The translations under genes and the position numbers were made by a program. From Candidatus Babeliales bacterium (GTDB taxonomy: Bacteria > Babelota > Babeliae > Babelales > JBFXEV01): 64,000 bases of DNA. Below, one piece after another: positions 19,296 to 29,733 of this stretch (positions within the stretch are counted from its first letter, which is position 1; every line of letters begins with the position of its first letter). The stretch is taken from the NCBI GenBank assembly GCA_050179755.1, contig JBFXEV010000001.1, forward strand, positions 1,001,994 to 1,065,993, read 5' to 3'. Below the pieces are notes generated by a model that was given only the letters and a program-made list of their open reading frames with translations, did no database searches and was not told the DNA's origin.

Positions 19296-19439
19296 TTCTC
19301 TTTTCCGCTAAAGTATTTATAGAAGTTCTACTGACATTATACATATATTAATCTCTGGTGCCGCTACGCGCAGAAAAAAGGACTCAAAAAATAAACATTT
19401 TTTTTATTAGTTGTGTAGAAAAAGTCTTAATAGGTCCAT

Positions 19440-19905
19440 TTGATGTTCACTGGGCCACTACGCGTGGCAGCGCACAAATCTTTTTGGTGGCAAAAAGATT
19501 GTGAAGAAAAACCAGTTAAGGGCGCCTTCGCCCCCTAACTACCCCATCTCCCGGTGAAGACGCCTATCTCGAATTTCATTTCATGAAATTCTCACTAGAC
19601 TCCACCGTTTCGTGTAGGATTTACATTATTAAAAATGCCATAAGCAGCACATGCGCTCTGCACTGTGCTGCAAATAACGCTAAGAACCAAGAAAACACAT
19701 CACTCGTTACAGGCTGCTTTGGCAGGCTGTATACGTGGAAAGTTAGGCGTTACCGGCGGGTCAAGCTTTAGCTTGGCTCCTTTTTGTTGAGACCTTTTGG
19801 AGAAGCCCTCCTACGCCAAGGCTCCGAAGGGCAGGCAAAAAATTGGCCGCCTTTAGTCCGCCGTAGTTTGCCGAGCTTGAGTGCCCGGATAAACGAAGGC
19901 GGAAC
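19440..19905. repeat. GC-richer intergenic cluster of hairpins including REP family 1 units
   Basis: Stems GCCAC/GTGGC, AATCTTTTTG/CAAAAAGATT, GAATTTCAT/ATGAAATTC, CAAGCT/AGCTTG; 19858-19903 resembles 32270-32315. Confidence 0.6.
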
Positions 19906-20054
19906 AGGCTCTTGAGATAAAATATAAGAAAATGAGTGTCCAGCTCTGAAAGGTGTATCTATAAAAAAAGCTAAACTTCTTAAAAATACTGTTATACTTA
20001 ATTATATAAGCATTTTTTAGCACCAAACCCTATTTAATAAGTAAAAAACCGATC

Positions 20055-21029
20055 ATGAACTACTGGCAATCAAAAGTAACCATCGGCCCCTACTCTTTTC
20101 CCCGTTTTATCGGCGGCCCGCTTGACGGCATCACCGATTCGCCGTTCCGCCAGTTAGTGCGCGATTTCTCTAAAGATGAGCTTTTGTATACCGAAATGCG
20201 GCACGTGGCATGTATAGCCAATGATAAAGGCGGCCAGCGCGCGCTCAAATTTTTGCAGACCGAACGGCCTATCAATTACCAAATTGCTGCAAATGAACCA
20301 CGTTTTGTGGTAGAGGCGTGTGAAAAAATTATGGCAGCAGGTGTTGATATTATTGATTTAAACGTTGGGTGCCCTGCGCCGGCCGTTACTGCCAATAAGT
20401 CAGGTTCTGCGCTTATGGATGATTTGCCGCGTTTAAAATCCATTTTAACTACCATGGAGTCATGTCTTAAAATTCCATTTACGGTAAAAATTCGAGCGGG
20501 CTTTACGTGCAAAAATGCGGTGGACGTTGCAAAGTTGATTCAAGATTGTGGTGCTGCTGCAGTGGCTATTCACCCCCGCACGCGTGCACAAAAATTTAAC
20601 GGCCGCCCTGATTATGAGTTGGCAGCGCAGGTTAAACAAGCAGTGCAAATACCGGTATTGCTTTCTGGCAACGTGGTGAATTATAAAACAGCACAACTTG
20701 CCTATAATCAAACGGGCGTTGACGGCTTTTTGATTGGCAGAGGCATTTGGGGCAAGCCATGGCAATTGCGTGAAATGCAGGAACATGCAGAAGGTAACCC
20801 TTATAAAATTGATCAAGTGACCATGCTCTATTATGCGCTGCAACATTTGCATAAAATGTTAGAGCATTATGGGCCAAAAGGGTTATACTGTTTTAGAAAA
20901 CATATGCCGTTTTATTTAAGAGGTTTTGAAAATGCCTCAAGCGTGCGGCAGCAATTGGTGATTGCAAATTCAGTAGATGAAGTAACAGAGTTGTTAAGTA
21001 AATTACAGGAAGTAGGCGGTGCTCAATAA
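20055..21029 (+). CDS. dusB: tRNA-dihydrouridine synthase (DusB-like)
   Basis: PLDGITDSPFR, DLNVGCPAP, GSALM, TVKIRAG, IGRG. Confidence 0.88.
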   Translation: MNYWQSKVTIGPYSFPRFIGGPLDGITDSPFRQLVRDFSKDELLYTEMRHVACIANDKGGQRALKFLQTERPINYQIAANEPRFVVEACEKIMAAGVDIIDLNVGCPAPAVTANKSGSALMDDLPRLKSILTTMESCLKIPFTVKIRAGFTCKNAVDVAKLIQDCGAAAVAIHPRTRAQKFNGRPDYELAAQVKQAVQIPVLLSGNVVNYKTAQLAYNQTGVDGFLIGRGIWGKPWQLREMQEHAEGNPYKIDQVTMLYYALQHLHKMLEHYGPKGLYCFRKHMPFYLRGFENASSVRQQLVIANSVDEVTELLSKLQEVGGAQ

Positions 21030-21819
21030 GTGGTTGAAGCAGTATGCAGTATGGTTTGTGTGTAGTGCGGTCTTTTTCTTTGGTTTACATCGTTTTTTTG
21101 CGGCAACGCCGGGCATAGTAGAGTACGCAGCTTCTTATATTACGTATCCCTTTTTAATTATGCAATCATATGTAACACGTTCACTCACTGATTTTTTTGC
21201 TGAACGAGAAAAAAGTAGCATATTGCGAGCGGCAGTAGAAAAATTGGAAGAGCAACTTATCAACGCGCAATCGCAAATGATTGTTCTTGAATCTCAATTA
21301 GATTTTGCAAAAGATACATACGAAGTGCGTGAATTTGCCGAGCGCTATGAAACTGAACATGCTATTCTTTCGCACGTATTGGTGCGGCAACTTACCGAGC
21401 AACAACAACTCTATGTTATTGATAAAGGCAGTAATCAAGGAGTTACTGTTGATATGGTTGCTGTATATAAAAACTGTTTGCTTGGCCGCGTTGCAATGGT
21501 GTATCCTACCTATTCAAAAATACAACTAATTACCGATATTGGGTGTAAAGTTGCAGCGTTTTGTGGCAGTACGCAAGCGCAAGGCATTCACGAAGGCCGC
21601 AATAATGCACAAGAATCAGCGCTTAATTTTGTGAGTCATTTAGAAACTATCTGTGTTGGTGATCTAGTGATTTCAAGTGGCAGTGGGCTTGTGTTCCCGC
21701 GTGGGTTTATGCTTGGCAGTATTAAAGAAGCCAAGATTGATGGTTTGTATTATGCTATTACGATAACTCCACCACTTGATTTACACAACGTTGAGTATGT
21801 GTATCTTATCAAAAAATAA
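21019..21819 (+). CDS. mreC: Rod shape-determining protein MreC
   Basis: N-terminal TM, coiled coil, IDKGSNQGV, LLGRV, SSGSGLVFPRG. Confidence 0.88.
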   Translation: MLNKWLKQYAVWFVCSAVFFFGLHRFFAATPGIVEYAASYITYPFLIMQSYVTRSLTDFFAEREKSSILRAAVEKLEEQLINAQSQMIVLESQLDFAKDTYEVREFAERYETEHAILSHVLVRQLTEQQQLYVIDKGSNQGVTVDMVAVYKNCLLGRVAMVYPTYSKIQLITDIGCKVAAFCGSTQAQGIHEGRNNAQESALNFVSHLETICVGDLVISSGSGLVFPRGFMLGSIKEAKIDGLYYAITITPPLDLHNVEYVYLIKK

Positions 21820-21929
21820 TTCTGACAACTGATTGTTCAATCTCATAATTTAGCATAAAATGTATGCATCACATTGCATGATAGCAGTGAAACATAAAGC
21901 ATATCAAATATTACAACATCAGGATTCAC

Positions 21930-24900
21930 ATGCATAAATGTTTTTATAGCTTGTTTTTAGTATCGTCATTTGTTGTTGCGATGGAACCAAATTTAACTAT
22001 TCAATGTGATCCTGCGTTAATTCCTACCTATCATGAATGTGCACAGGAACTTCAAAATAATTCTTGGCACAAAGCTGTTGATACAGCATTGCTTTCAGCA
22101 TATGCAGAGCATGGTGATCTACACATGTTTGAGTCAAGGATTGGGCGTGAAAAAAAATTACGTGATAATCAATTACTTTCATGGGCCATGGGCAGTGAAT
22201 TTGATGTGGTAAGAACACTTTTAAGGCGTGGTATTGCGCAAACTATAGGTGATAGTAGTTGGTGCAGTTATATAGAATCCGCATTGTCTGACAATAATGA
22301 TCTTCTTGCAACTGAGTTATTACAAGCAAAAGCAGATTTTGATCCACAAGCAGGTAAAATGGATTGGGTAACGTTATTGCAATGGGCAGCATCAACTGGT
22401 GCAATCAACACGGCACGTACTCTACTTGAAGGCCCGTATGGTGCAAAAATGGTTGATGCTTCTACAAAGAGTGCTCCTTTTACACCATTGCAACTTGCAG
22501 CGCAATGGCAGCAGGTTTCTAATGGCGTATGTTATGCTGAACCATTATTTAGCGCACGCAAACGTGAAATGATTAATTTGTTGCTCACACATAGAGCAAA
22601 ATTTGATGTGATAATTACTACAAGATTTGGTGACCGTTGTGTAGTTGGTAATGAACATACGCAATCATTTGTTAATTGGTGTGTGTCACAAAAATATGAT
22701 GATTGTTTAGCGCGTTTAGTTGAACGTAAGCAATTATGTGGAGATAATGTTATTAAGAATGATTATTCTGGTGTAGAACAAACATTATCATCTTGGGCCG
22801 CAGGGCAGGGCAGTTTGCCGCTCGTAAAAGCATTAGTGCCGATGGTAGATGAAAAACCTAAGTATCAGGTAGATTTTACTGAATTGATTAAGCGAGCAGT
22901 AAATTGGGGCCGTAAGCCTGTTATCGATTATTTAGGCATGCATCCAGCCACTAAAAGAAGAAAATCTACCGCACAATTAATGATGCATTGCGCTGTAAGC
23001 CATGGTTGGTTGGGCACAGCGCGCGCACTTGCAACGCATTATGGTATTGAAAATCTTACTGGTGAAGATGATTGGTATCATACTAGTGAATATTTTCATG
23101 ACATAGCACCAAACGTATCTCCTGCAATGGTGCGGCAACTTCTTGCGTGGGATTGTAATCCGCGTGCAAAAAATGAACAAGGTAACGTGCCGCTTATGTC
23201 AGTTACTGCTGCAAATAACGTGCAATCAACAGCTGTTATGCTTGCAGCAGGTTGTTTGCTCGATGAAGGAAATATTTCAGCACTCGCTGCAACTTTTTCT
23301 TCAAACAAGACAACACCAGAACTGTTTGAACAACTACTTGCCTATACATCTGATCGTGCGCATGTGCGAGAGATTTGTGTTGCGCAGACTGGCATGACTC
23401 CTGTTGAATTTGCTGTTGGCAAAGGCTACCGCATGACCAAGCTAGTGCTAGAAGCTGGATTTGATCCGAATGAATATAAGCAAGAGCATCCTCTTGCATT
23501 TGCAGTTGGCCATAAGGATAGTGAACTAGTGGCATTGCTTTTGCGCCATGGCGCAGATGCCGATATAACATTTGAAGATGGCAGTACGTTGTTGCATAGA
23601 GCTGCACAACATGGCAGCGTTGTTATGTTGCAACATTTGTTTAATGCCGGCGTGCAACCGTCAGTAGATGAAAATGGGCACACGCCTTTGTTGAATGCTG
23701 CTTATTTCAATACTCCTGAAGTTGTTTCATTCTTGCTTAATCGCAATGGCCCAGAGGCAATTCGTCAAATAGCATATACATTAGAATCTCATAATGATGG
23801 CCCTGATATTTCGCAAACGCTATTTGAATATGTGATTCACCAAAGAAGAAATGATGTAGTGCCAGTATGCCAATTACTTTATGAGCTTGGCGCTGATTTA
23901 GAACGCGTTAATGAACTTGGTGAAACGCCGATATTTTGGGCAGTCAGAAATAGCAACGCTGCCGCACTTGAATGGGCAGTGGCACAAGGTGCTCGCCTTG
24001 ATGTAACAAATCAAGAAGGTGAAACGCCTCTTTCATTTTTGGCATCGCAAATAGAATGGGTTCAAGAAGAATTATTAATTGCTGTGCTTAAAGGGCTTTC
24101 TGCTTATGCCGGCGGCGTTGTGCCAGTGATGGATGCTATAGAGCTTAGTAAAAAATATCCATTAGATAACTATTGGGTTTCTGATGAGCACGTTAAAGTT
24201 TGGAAAGCATCACTGAAGTTTGATCCATTTGAACAAATTGGGCTTTATTGTGGCACTGGTTTGCATAAAGAGTATCTGCGTGAGCGTGAGGTTAAACCAA
24301 CACTTGCAGCTCGGTTAAAAGAGATTGAGCAAAAAAATTGCCGGCATGGTGCGTATTTGTTTGCACAAAAAATGAAGGAGATGTTTACTGGTAATGATCT
24401 TGAAGCGGTAAAGCAATTTGTGGCGACTAATGTTAATTTGTGTACATATGACGTGCAACATGGTGCTACGGTGCTCCATTGGGCTGCCCAAAATGGTCAT
24501 GCTGATTTGGTAAGAGATTTGCTTGAAAATCATGGCCTTAAAGAAGTAATCAATAAAGAAACTATTCATAAATGCGCTGCATTAAGTGAAGCGGCAACTG
24601 CTGAATGTGCGCAGATACTACTTGATAATGGTGCCGCAATTACGCCAAACGTGATCTCTCGATTAATTTTTCAAACAAATAACGAGGCATGTGGTGTAAT
24701 TCTTGCGCATCTTGATGGGGCAGCGTTTTCGCAGGAAGATGTTCAACGTCTTTATGAAAGTGCGGCTCATAATGGTAACGTGCTGATTACCCAAAAATTT
24801 TTGGAGCTTGGTGCTCAGCCTAAAATAGCAGATCTTGAGCATGCGGTGCGTGAGCAACGTGTTGGTGTGGCGACTTTGCTTGCAGCACGAGGCATTTCAA

Positions 24901-25799
24901 TTGCAGATGCTAATACGGCAGCACAACAAAACAAGTGGAACCCTTTATCTTCTCTTGCTTATCTTGCAGTGGAAAAGAAAAATTCTGCTTTACTTAAAGA
25001 AGTTATTGAAACAGCAGATGAGTCATTGTTAACAAGTGCAGTGTGGCGGGATTTTCATGAAGGTGTTGCTATCTTATTAGAAGCTGGTATTGTTCCCACC
25101 AATACACATCCAAGTGATCCCTTGATGGATGCAATACGAGCTAAATCTGTTGAGTGTTGTAAACTACTAGTGGAACATCAAACCGTGCGGTTTGTGCATG
25201 TAGAAAAAGCATTGCTACATGCACCAATTATGCGCATATTATTGCCAAAATTTGAACCATCACAAGAACAGTGTGCAGCGCTACTTGAAAAAGCAGTTGA
25301 TTCGTGTGCTGCAGATTCGGTGCGCATTTTGCTTGAGAAAACGCGTAATTTAAGTGGTGTTACTTCTAAGGGGCTTACGTATTTTCATATGATTGCACAA
25401 AAAGCACATCACTTTGGTGTTGATGAACGCAGCGCGCAAAATAAAGGTGCTCATTGGAGTGAACGAGTTAAAAATATTACCTGGTTGCAATCTTGGAAAA
25501 CGCGCGTTTTAGAAGGTAATGAATGCGCAGATACTCAATCAGAATCACGAGGAAAGGTTCAAGGCATTGTTGCAACTTTGCATGCGTTAATGACAACGCC
25601 TGTTTGCGCTAGCGCGCAAACGCACAAAAACGCACTTTTTTGGGCATTGCACGGGGGAGTTGGCAAACAGCAAATAAAGCCTTTTGATATGGCACAGAAA
25701 GCTGGTAATTCCACTACATTTTCTGATCTGTTTGATGTTGCTAAAGTTGAACAGTGGCATGCGGCAATTGATCGGGAGTATGAGAAGAAGGATGTATGA
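21930..25799 (+). CDS. Large secreted ankyrin-repeat protein (1289 aa)
   Basis: Signal peptide ending VVA-MEP; many ankyrin motifs (GSTLLHRAA, GHTPLLNAA, GETPIFWAV, GATVLHWAAQNGH). Confidence 0.9.
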   Translation: MHKCFYSLFLVSSFVVAMEPNLTIQCDPALIPTYHECAQELQNNSWHKAVDTALLSAYAEHGDLHMFESRIGREKKLRDNQLLSWAMGSEFDVVRTLLRRGIAQTIGDSSWCSYIESALSDNNDLLATELLQAKADFDPQAGKMDWVTLLQWAASTGAINTARTLLEGPYGAKMVDASTKSAPFTPLQLAAQWQQVSNGVCYAEPLFSARKREMINLLLTHRAKFDVIITTRFGDRCVVGNEHTQSFVNWCVSQKYDDCLARLVERKQLCGDNVIKNDYSGVEQTLSSWAAGQGSLPLVKALVPMVDEKPKYQVDFTELIKRAVNWGRKPVIDYLGMHPATKRRKSTAQLMMHCAVSHGWLGTARALATHYGIENLTGEDDWYHTSEYFHDIAPNVSPAMVRQLLAWDCNPRAKNEQGNVPLMSVTAANNVQSTAVMLAAGCLLDEGNISALAATFSSNKTTPELFEQLLAYTSDRAHVREICVAQTGMTPVEFAVGKGYRMTKLVLEAGFDPNEYKQEHPLAFAVGHKDSELVALLLRHGADADITFEDGSTLLHRAAQHGSVVMLQHLFNAGVQPSVDENGHTPLLNAAYFNTPEVVSFLLNRNGPEAIRQIAYTLESHNDGPDISQTLFEYVIHQRRNDVVPVCQLLYELGADLERVNELGETPIFWAVRNSNAAALEWAVAQGARLDVTNQEGETPLSFLASQIEWVQEELLIAVLKGLSAYAGGVVPVMDAIELSKKYPLDNYWVSDEHVKVWKASLKFDPFEQIGLYCGTGLHKEYLREREVKPTLAARLKEIEQKNCRHGAYLFAQKMKEMFTGNDLEAVKQFVATNVNLCTYDVQHGATVLHWAAQNGHADLVRDLLENHGLKEVINKETIHKCAALSEAATAECAQILLDNGAAITPNVISRLIFQTNNEACGVILAHLDGAAFSQEDVQRLYESAAHNGNVLITQKFLELGAQPKIADLEHAVREQRVGVATLLAARGISIADANTAAQQNKWNPLSSLAYLAVEKKNSALLKEVIETADESLLTSAVWRDFHEGVAILLEAGIVPTNTHPSDPLMDAIRAKSVECCKLLVEHQTVRFVHVEKALLHAPIMRILLPKFEPSQEQCAALLEKAVDSCAADSVRILLEKTRNLSGVTSKGLTYFHMIAQKAHHFGVDERSAQNKGAHWSERVKNITWLQSWKTRVLEGNECADTQSESRGKVQGIVATLHALMTTPVCASAQTHKNALFWALHGGVGKQQIKPFDMAQKAGNSTTFSDLFDVAKVEQWHAAIDREYEKKDV

Positions 25800-26744
25800 A
25801 ATTAATTTTGCTGTGTTTATTAATGAGTGCGCATGCTGTTGCAATGGATACGCAGAATTCATGTGAAGCACATGAAACTCCACGTGTACTTGAGGGTGCT
25901 CTCCTTTCAAAAGAAGCGCGCCAAGCAAAGCTTGCTGAATGGTGGGGCACTAAAAAAATAAACGTGAAACAGTATCCAATGGCCAGTGCAAGTGGCTCTG
26001 GAAGATGGGATATATGCTTGTTGTTGGCACAAGAATATGGAGATGCATTAATAGAAGACGATATTCAAAAAGTATTTTCGCATGCAACTGCAATTAGTAG
26101 TTGTGGACGTATTGATGATTGCATTCCAGTATGTAGCGCATTCGTGCGTCTTGGCGCAAAGCCCACTGCCGATCAATTGTTATTTGCAATAAAGTGCCTT
26201 AATAATCCAATGGCACAATTTTTGATACAGAATGGTGTGACCATTGCGCAAGCTGCTGAACACCGAAAAATTGTGTATCACGGCAAACCATCATCTCTTG
26301 CAGAATTGGTAGTGTGTCTATCACGGCCTCATCTTAATAGGACCAAAGGGCTTGCGATGCTCCAAACAGTTATTGAGACAGCAAATGCAGGAACTCTTTT
26401 TAGTGCTTTGCGTGCTCATTGGGTTGAAGCGGTGGCACTAGTGATCAAGCAGCTTGCTGTGCGCGGTGAACCGTTACCCGCACAGGCTTTGAGCATTGCA
26501 ATAGTGGAGGAATCAGTTGAGTGTTGTAAGTTATTACTGGCCGCATGGTCAAGTGGTTACTTGGGAGCATATTCAATTACCGCATGATCCTGCAGTTCTT
26601 GAATGTTTGTTGTCTGAGTATGATGCTACACCAGAGCAACTGGCACGGTTTGAGGATTTTATCAATAACCCGCATAATGGTGGTTATGATATGAAAGAAG
26701 TAATGCGTGCCTATATTAAGCGAAGGAATTCGGAGTTGGCTTGA
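25796..26744 (+). pseudogene. Secreted degenerate-ankyrin protein, frameshifted near 26540; paralog of the C-terminal part of 21930-25799
   Basis: SVECCKLL shared with the upstream protein; similarity (HQTVRFVHV vs HGQVVTWEHI) continues in the ORF 26517-26744 frame. Confidence 0.65.
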
Positions 26745-26753
26745 AATCTAAAG

Positions 26754-26918
26754 CTATTTTTTAAATAATTTTAGATATTCACCATATCCTTCTTTTTGTA
26801 AATCTTCTACCGGCACAAAACGCAGTGCTGCAGAATTCATGCAATAGCGTAAACTGGTAGGCATTGGGCCATCAGTAAAAATGTGCCCCAAATGTGAATT
26901 TGCTTGTTTACTATGAAC
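26754..26918 (-). pseudogene. msrB: Detached duplicate of the msrAB 3' end (MsrB C-terminus)
   Basis: Translates [54 protein letters not shown]; 48-bp exact match 26802-26849 = 29785-29832. Confidence 0.92.
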
Positions 26919-26939
26919 TACCAAGCTTGCGTCCAGTAG

Positions 26940-27293
26940 TTACTGCACAATTTCTAATATTAAAAGATTATTTAATTGGAATAAATAAAACCATATTTTA
27001 TTATAAAGTTGTTGTCGTTCGCTGTAAGAATTATCTTGCTTTTGTGTAGCTTCTGCAATGAGAGCCTGAACTCTTTCATAGTGGTTTTCATATTGAGTAT
27101 GCATTAGACTGGCAAGCTCTAAAACATATGTATTGTCTATGATGATATTTTGGCTCAAAAGCACAATTGCAATGGTTGAGCAAAATTCACTGTCAATAAA
27201 TTTATGTTCAAGTCCATATCTTAGCAATTCCAGAATATCAATCTTTTTTAATTCAATAATTTTTTGAATAATTTTTTTATTTTGTTCTAACAT
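26940..27293 (-). CDS. Putative immunity protein (resembles the N-terminal part of DUF2247), possibly truncated
   Basis: LLRYGLEHKFI, VLELASL, KIWFYL pattern recalled for DUF2247; lies in the toxin operon. Confidence 0.5.
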   Translation of the reverse strand: MLEQNKKIIQKIIELKKIDILELLRYGLEHKFIDSEFCSTIAIVLLSQNIIIDNTYVLELASLMHTQYENHYERVQALIAEATQKQDNSYSERQQLYNKIWFYLFQLNNLLILEIVQ

Positions 27294-27310
27294 AATTATC
27301 TCTTAAATAG

Positions 27311-27850
27311 TTACTTTGAATGTTCAATTAAGTATTTATATTCAGATGGGGTTATGCCCTTCAGAACAAAGGAGCAAATATTTAAATCAATATCCGTAAG
27401 AACACCAAAATTATTATTCATTATACATAAAACTGGCTTTGGCATAGTGGCTATTGAGATTTTCAATGCATCATTATAAACATCCACTTTACAAGCTTCT
27501 GTCATTGTATAATTAAAGCCATCATCAAGGTATGGCCTTCTTATTAATTGATTAATATCTTTAATTTTTAGTGCAATGGTGCTATTATTATAAGGAAGTT
27601 CTGCAAGTGAAATATTGCCTTTTATAAAATTATATTTTTTATTGCAAAGAAGAGTGATGCTAACTAATTCCCCAAATTCTTTTCCAATTTGAAAATACAT
27701 ATAATAATCTTGAGTACGATATTCAACTCGATTATGCGTATTTGAATATATGTCATATTCAAATGTTATATTCATGGGTATATATTCATCAATTAGTCTT
27801 TTTACATTAATGACTTTATTGGTAGCGAATTGAAAAAATAGGTCATTCAT
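27311..27850 (-). CDS. Putative immunity protein
   Basis: Starts 2 bp after the toxin stop; very AT-rich; no family recognised. Confidence 0.6.
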   Translation of the reverse strand: MNDLFFQFATNKVINVKRLIDEYIPMNITFEYDIYSNTHNRVEYRTQDYYMYFQIGKEFGELVSITLLCNKKYNFIKGNISLAELPYNNSTIALKIKDINQLIRRPYLDDGFNYTMTEACKVDVYNDALKISIATMPKPVLCIMNNNFGVLTDIDLNICSFVLKGITPSEYKYLIEHSK

Positions 27851-27852
27851 AA

Positions 27853-29610
27853 TTATTTCTTCTTAAAAGCATGGAAAAGGGCTGGATGTCCATCTTCAAC
27901 TCGCGGATAGCCGAATATTAATTCCCAAGAATTTATAATTATTAATTTCCCGTATTCTATACCCGAATCAGATTTTATTGCTTCCTGAATTGCTTCATAA
28001 AAATCATTAAGTAGTAATTCATGTGACAGTTTATATTCTTTTGCAGGAATATCCCAAGGGGATCTTTGCGGATCCATATATGGCCTGTCATTTTTACGTG
28101 GACTAGTATTTTCCATAATATGTTCGGATGCATTTGGGCTTACCCAGATTAATTGCCCATCAACATTAATTACAAATGATTTCGGTATTAGAGAATGTGG
28201 ATTATAAAGTTCTTGAGTAGGAGTAATTTTTAACCAAATTTTTTCAGGATTTTGATTGCTCAACGCTTGGATTATAGCTATAGTTTCTTCGAGAGTGATT
28301 TCAGGATTCGTTTTTATAGGAAAGCCAATATTAGTTTTATCTGTTTGATGATTTGAGTCTTCTGAATAATTATAGCTACGTTCATCAATTCTTTTGCTAT
28401 GGTTCCTAGAATCATTAACTCGCTTTATATGTGCATTATTAATTTGATTTTTGTCAGATACTTCTAATTGACTTAAATCAAATTTTGTGGGATTTTTGCT
28501 CCAGTTACATGAAGTTATTGGCTCAGCTATAGGTTGTAAGCCCGTGCCACAAGTATAACTTTCTCCGTCATTTATTTCTTGGGTGTAAGTAGGGTTATTT
28601 GCATTAATATCTTCAAATGATGGCATTCTTAAAGTTGTACCGCAAAAGCGCTCTTCGCTTTTTCTAGATTCTTGAAGACATGATGGGATATTGTCGTCAA
28701 GGCCCTGCGGTGCAGGCAATAATCCAGTTCCGCAACCAATAACATTAACGTCGTCAAATTTTGGAATAGGAAATGATCTAGTGTCATGTACGCTAGGTGG
28801 CCTTGGTAATTTCTTATGATCATAATGAGTTAGTTGGCTTTTTGTTGATTGCGGGTCATGAGCAAATACAGCGTTAGAACTATTATTTTCATTACCCAAA
28901 TACCCACGAACACTAGAATCTTTATTTGTTTCAAAGACACTACCTTTGCAATGCCCTGGAGAATTCAAAAGAGGATTAATTGAATCAAAGAGGTTAGAAT
29001 TAGAAATATCTAAATTCATATCTGTTGTGGCATGCGTATTTTTTGCTACAAAGTCATAAACCAAATATGTTGCCGCACCAACAGCAACTGCCTTTAAAAT
29101 CGGCATGACTCCAAGAGTTATTGGTATTACAATCATAAAATTATGAGCAACTATACCGCTGGGTGTGACACAAAATGTATGTGGCGCTTCAAGAGTAAGA
29201 TCATAGATAACAGCGTTTATATGCACTTGATTCACATTTTTGACCACAATCTGTTGCTTATAACAACTTTGTAATATTGTCTCAGGTATTAGATCAGGCG
29301 CGCAGCGCCACGCTTTTTCAATAGGTAAAAAAAATGATTGTTGGGTATCGGTAAGTATATGATTAGCATTTGTTTGAATATGAATAAGAGTAGAAACTTC
29401 GTGACAAGTGATCTCAATTATTGTTCGTAATGCAAACTCATTTGTAGACTCATCAAAGCAATAAACCTCATCATTAATTTGAAGTGCTTCTATTGGAATA
29501 AATCCATGTAACGTTTTGACTAATGTGCCTTCGACAAAACCTGCTTGCAAACATGCAAATTTAAGAAATACTATATAAGCAAATACGAAAGAAATTTTGT
29601 GCGATGACAT
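27853..29610 (-). CDS. Secreted Hint-domain polymorphic toxin 1 (C-terminal tip resembles CdiA-CT RNase/tRNase-type domains)
   Basis: Signal peptide, GFVEGTLVKT...IYDLTLEAPHTFCV...VAHN Hint domain, TSCNWS, tip IPKSF...IWVSPNASEH...WELIF...PALFHAF. Confidence 0.8.
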   Translation of the reverse strand: MSSHKISFVFAYIVFLKFACLQAGFVEGTLVKTLHGFIPIEALQINDEVYCFDESTNEFALRTIIEITCHEVSTLIHIQTNANHILTDTQQSFFLPIEKAWRCAPDLIPETILQSCYKQQIVVKNVNQVHINAVIYDLTLEAPHTFCVTPSGIVAHNFMIVIPITLGVMPILKAVAVGAATYLVYDFVAKNTHATTDMNLDISNSNLFDSINPLLNSPGHCKGSVFETNKDSSVRGYLGNENNSSNAVFAHDPQSTKSQLTHYDHKKLPRPPSVHDTRSFPIPKFDDVNVIGCGTGLLPAPQGLDDNIPSCLQESRKSEERFCGTTLRMPSFEDINANNPTYTQEINDGESYTCGTGLQPIAEPITSCNWSKNPTKFDLSQLEVSDKNQINNAHIKRVNDSRNHSKRIDERSYNYSEDSNHQTDKTNIGFPIKTNPEITLEETIAIIQALSNQNPEKIWLKITPTQELYNPHSLIPKSFVINVDGQLIWVSPNASEHIMENTSPRKNDRPYMDPQRSPWDIPAKEYKLSHELLLNDFYEAIQEAIKSDSGIEYGKLIIINSWELIFGYPRVEDGHPALFHAFKKK

Positions 29611-29733
29611 AATTGAACCTTTTTTAAGTTACAATTTCTTTGCCTCAGAACTGTTCATTTTTTTGATCAGAACAATTGTATCGCATTTCTCAAAACTAGC
29701 AAGTTCATATCTTTAGTATTTCACCTGGCAAAT

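Noticed and set aside
27853..29610. Hint domains as true inteins
   Set aside because: No Cys/Ser1, +1 residue is Phe, no conserved host protein is interrupted and there is no endonuclease insert.
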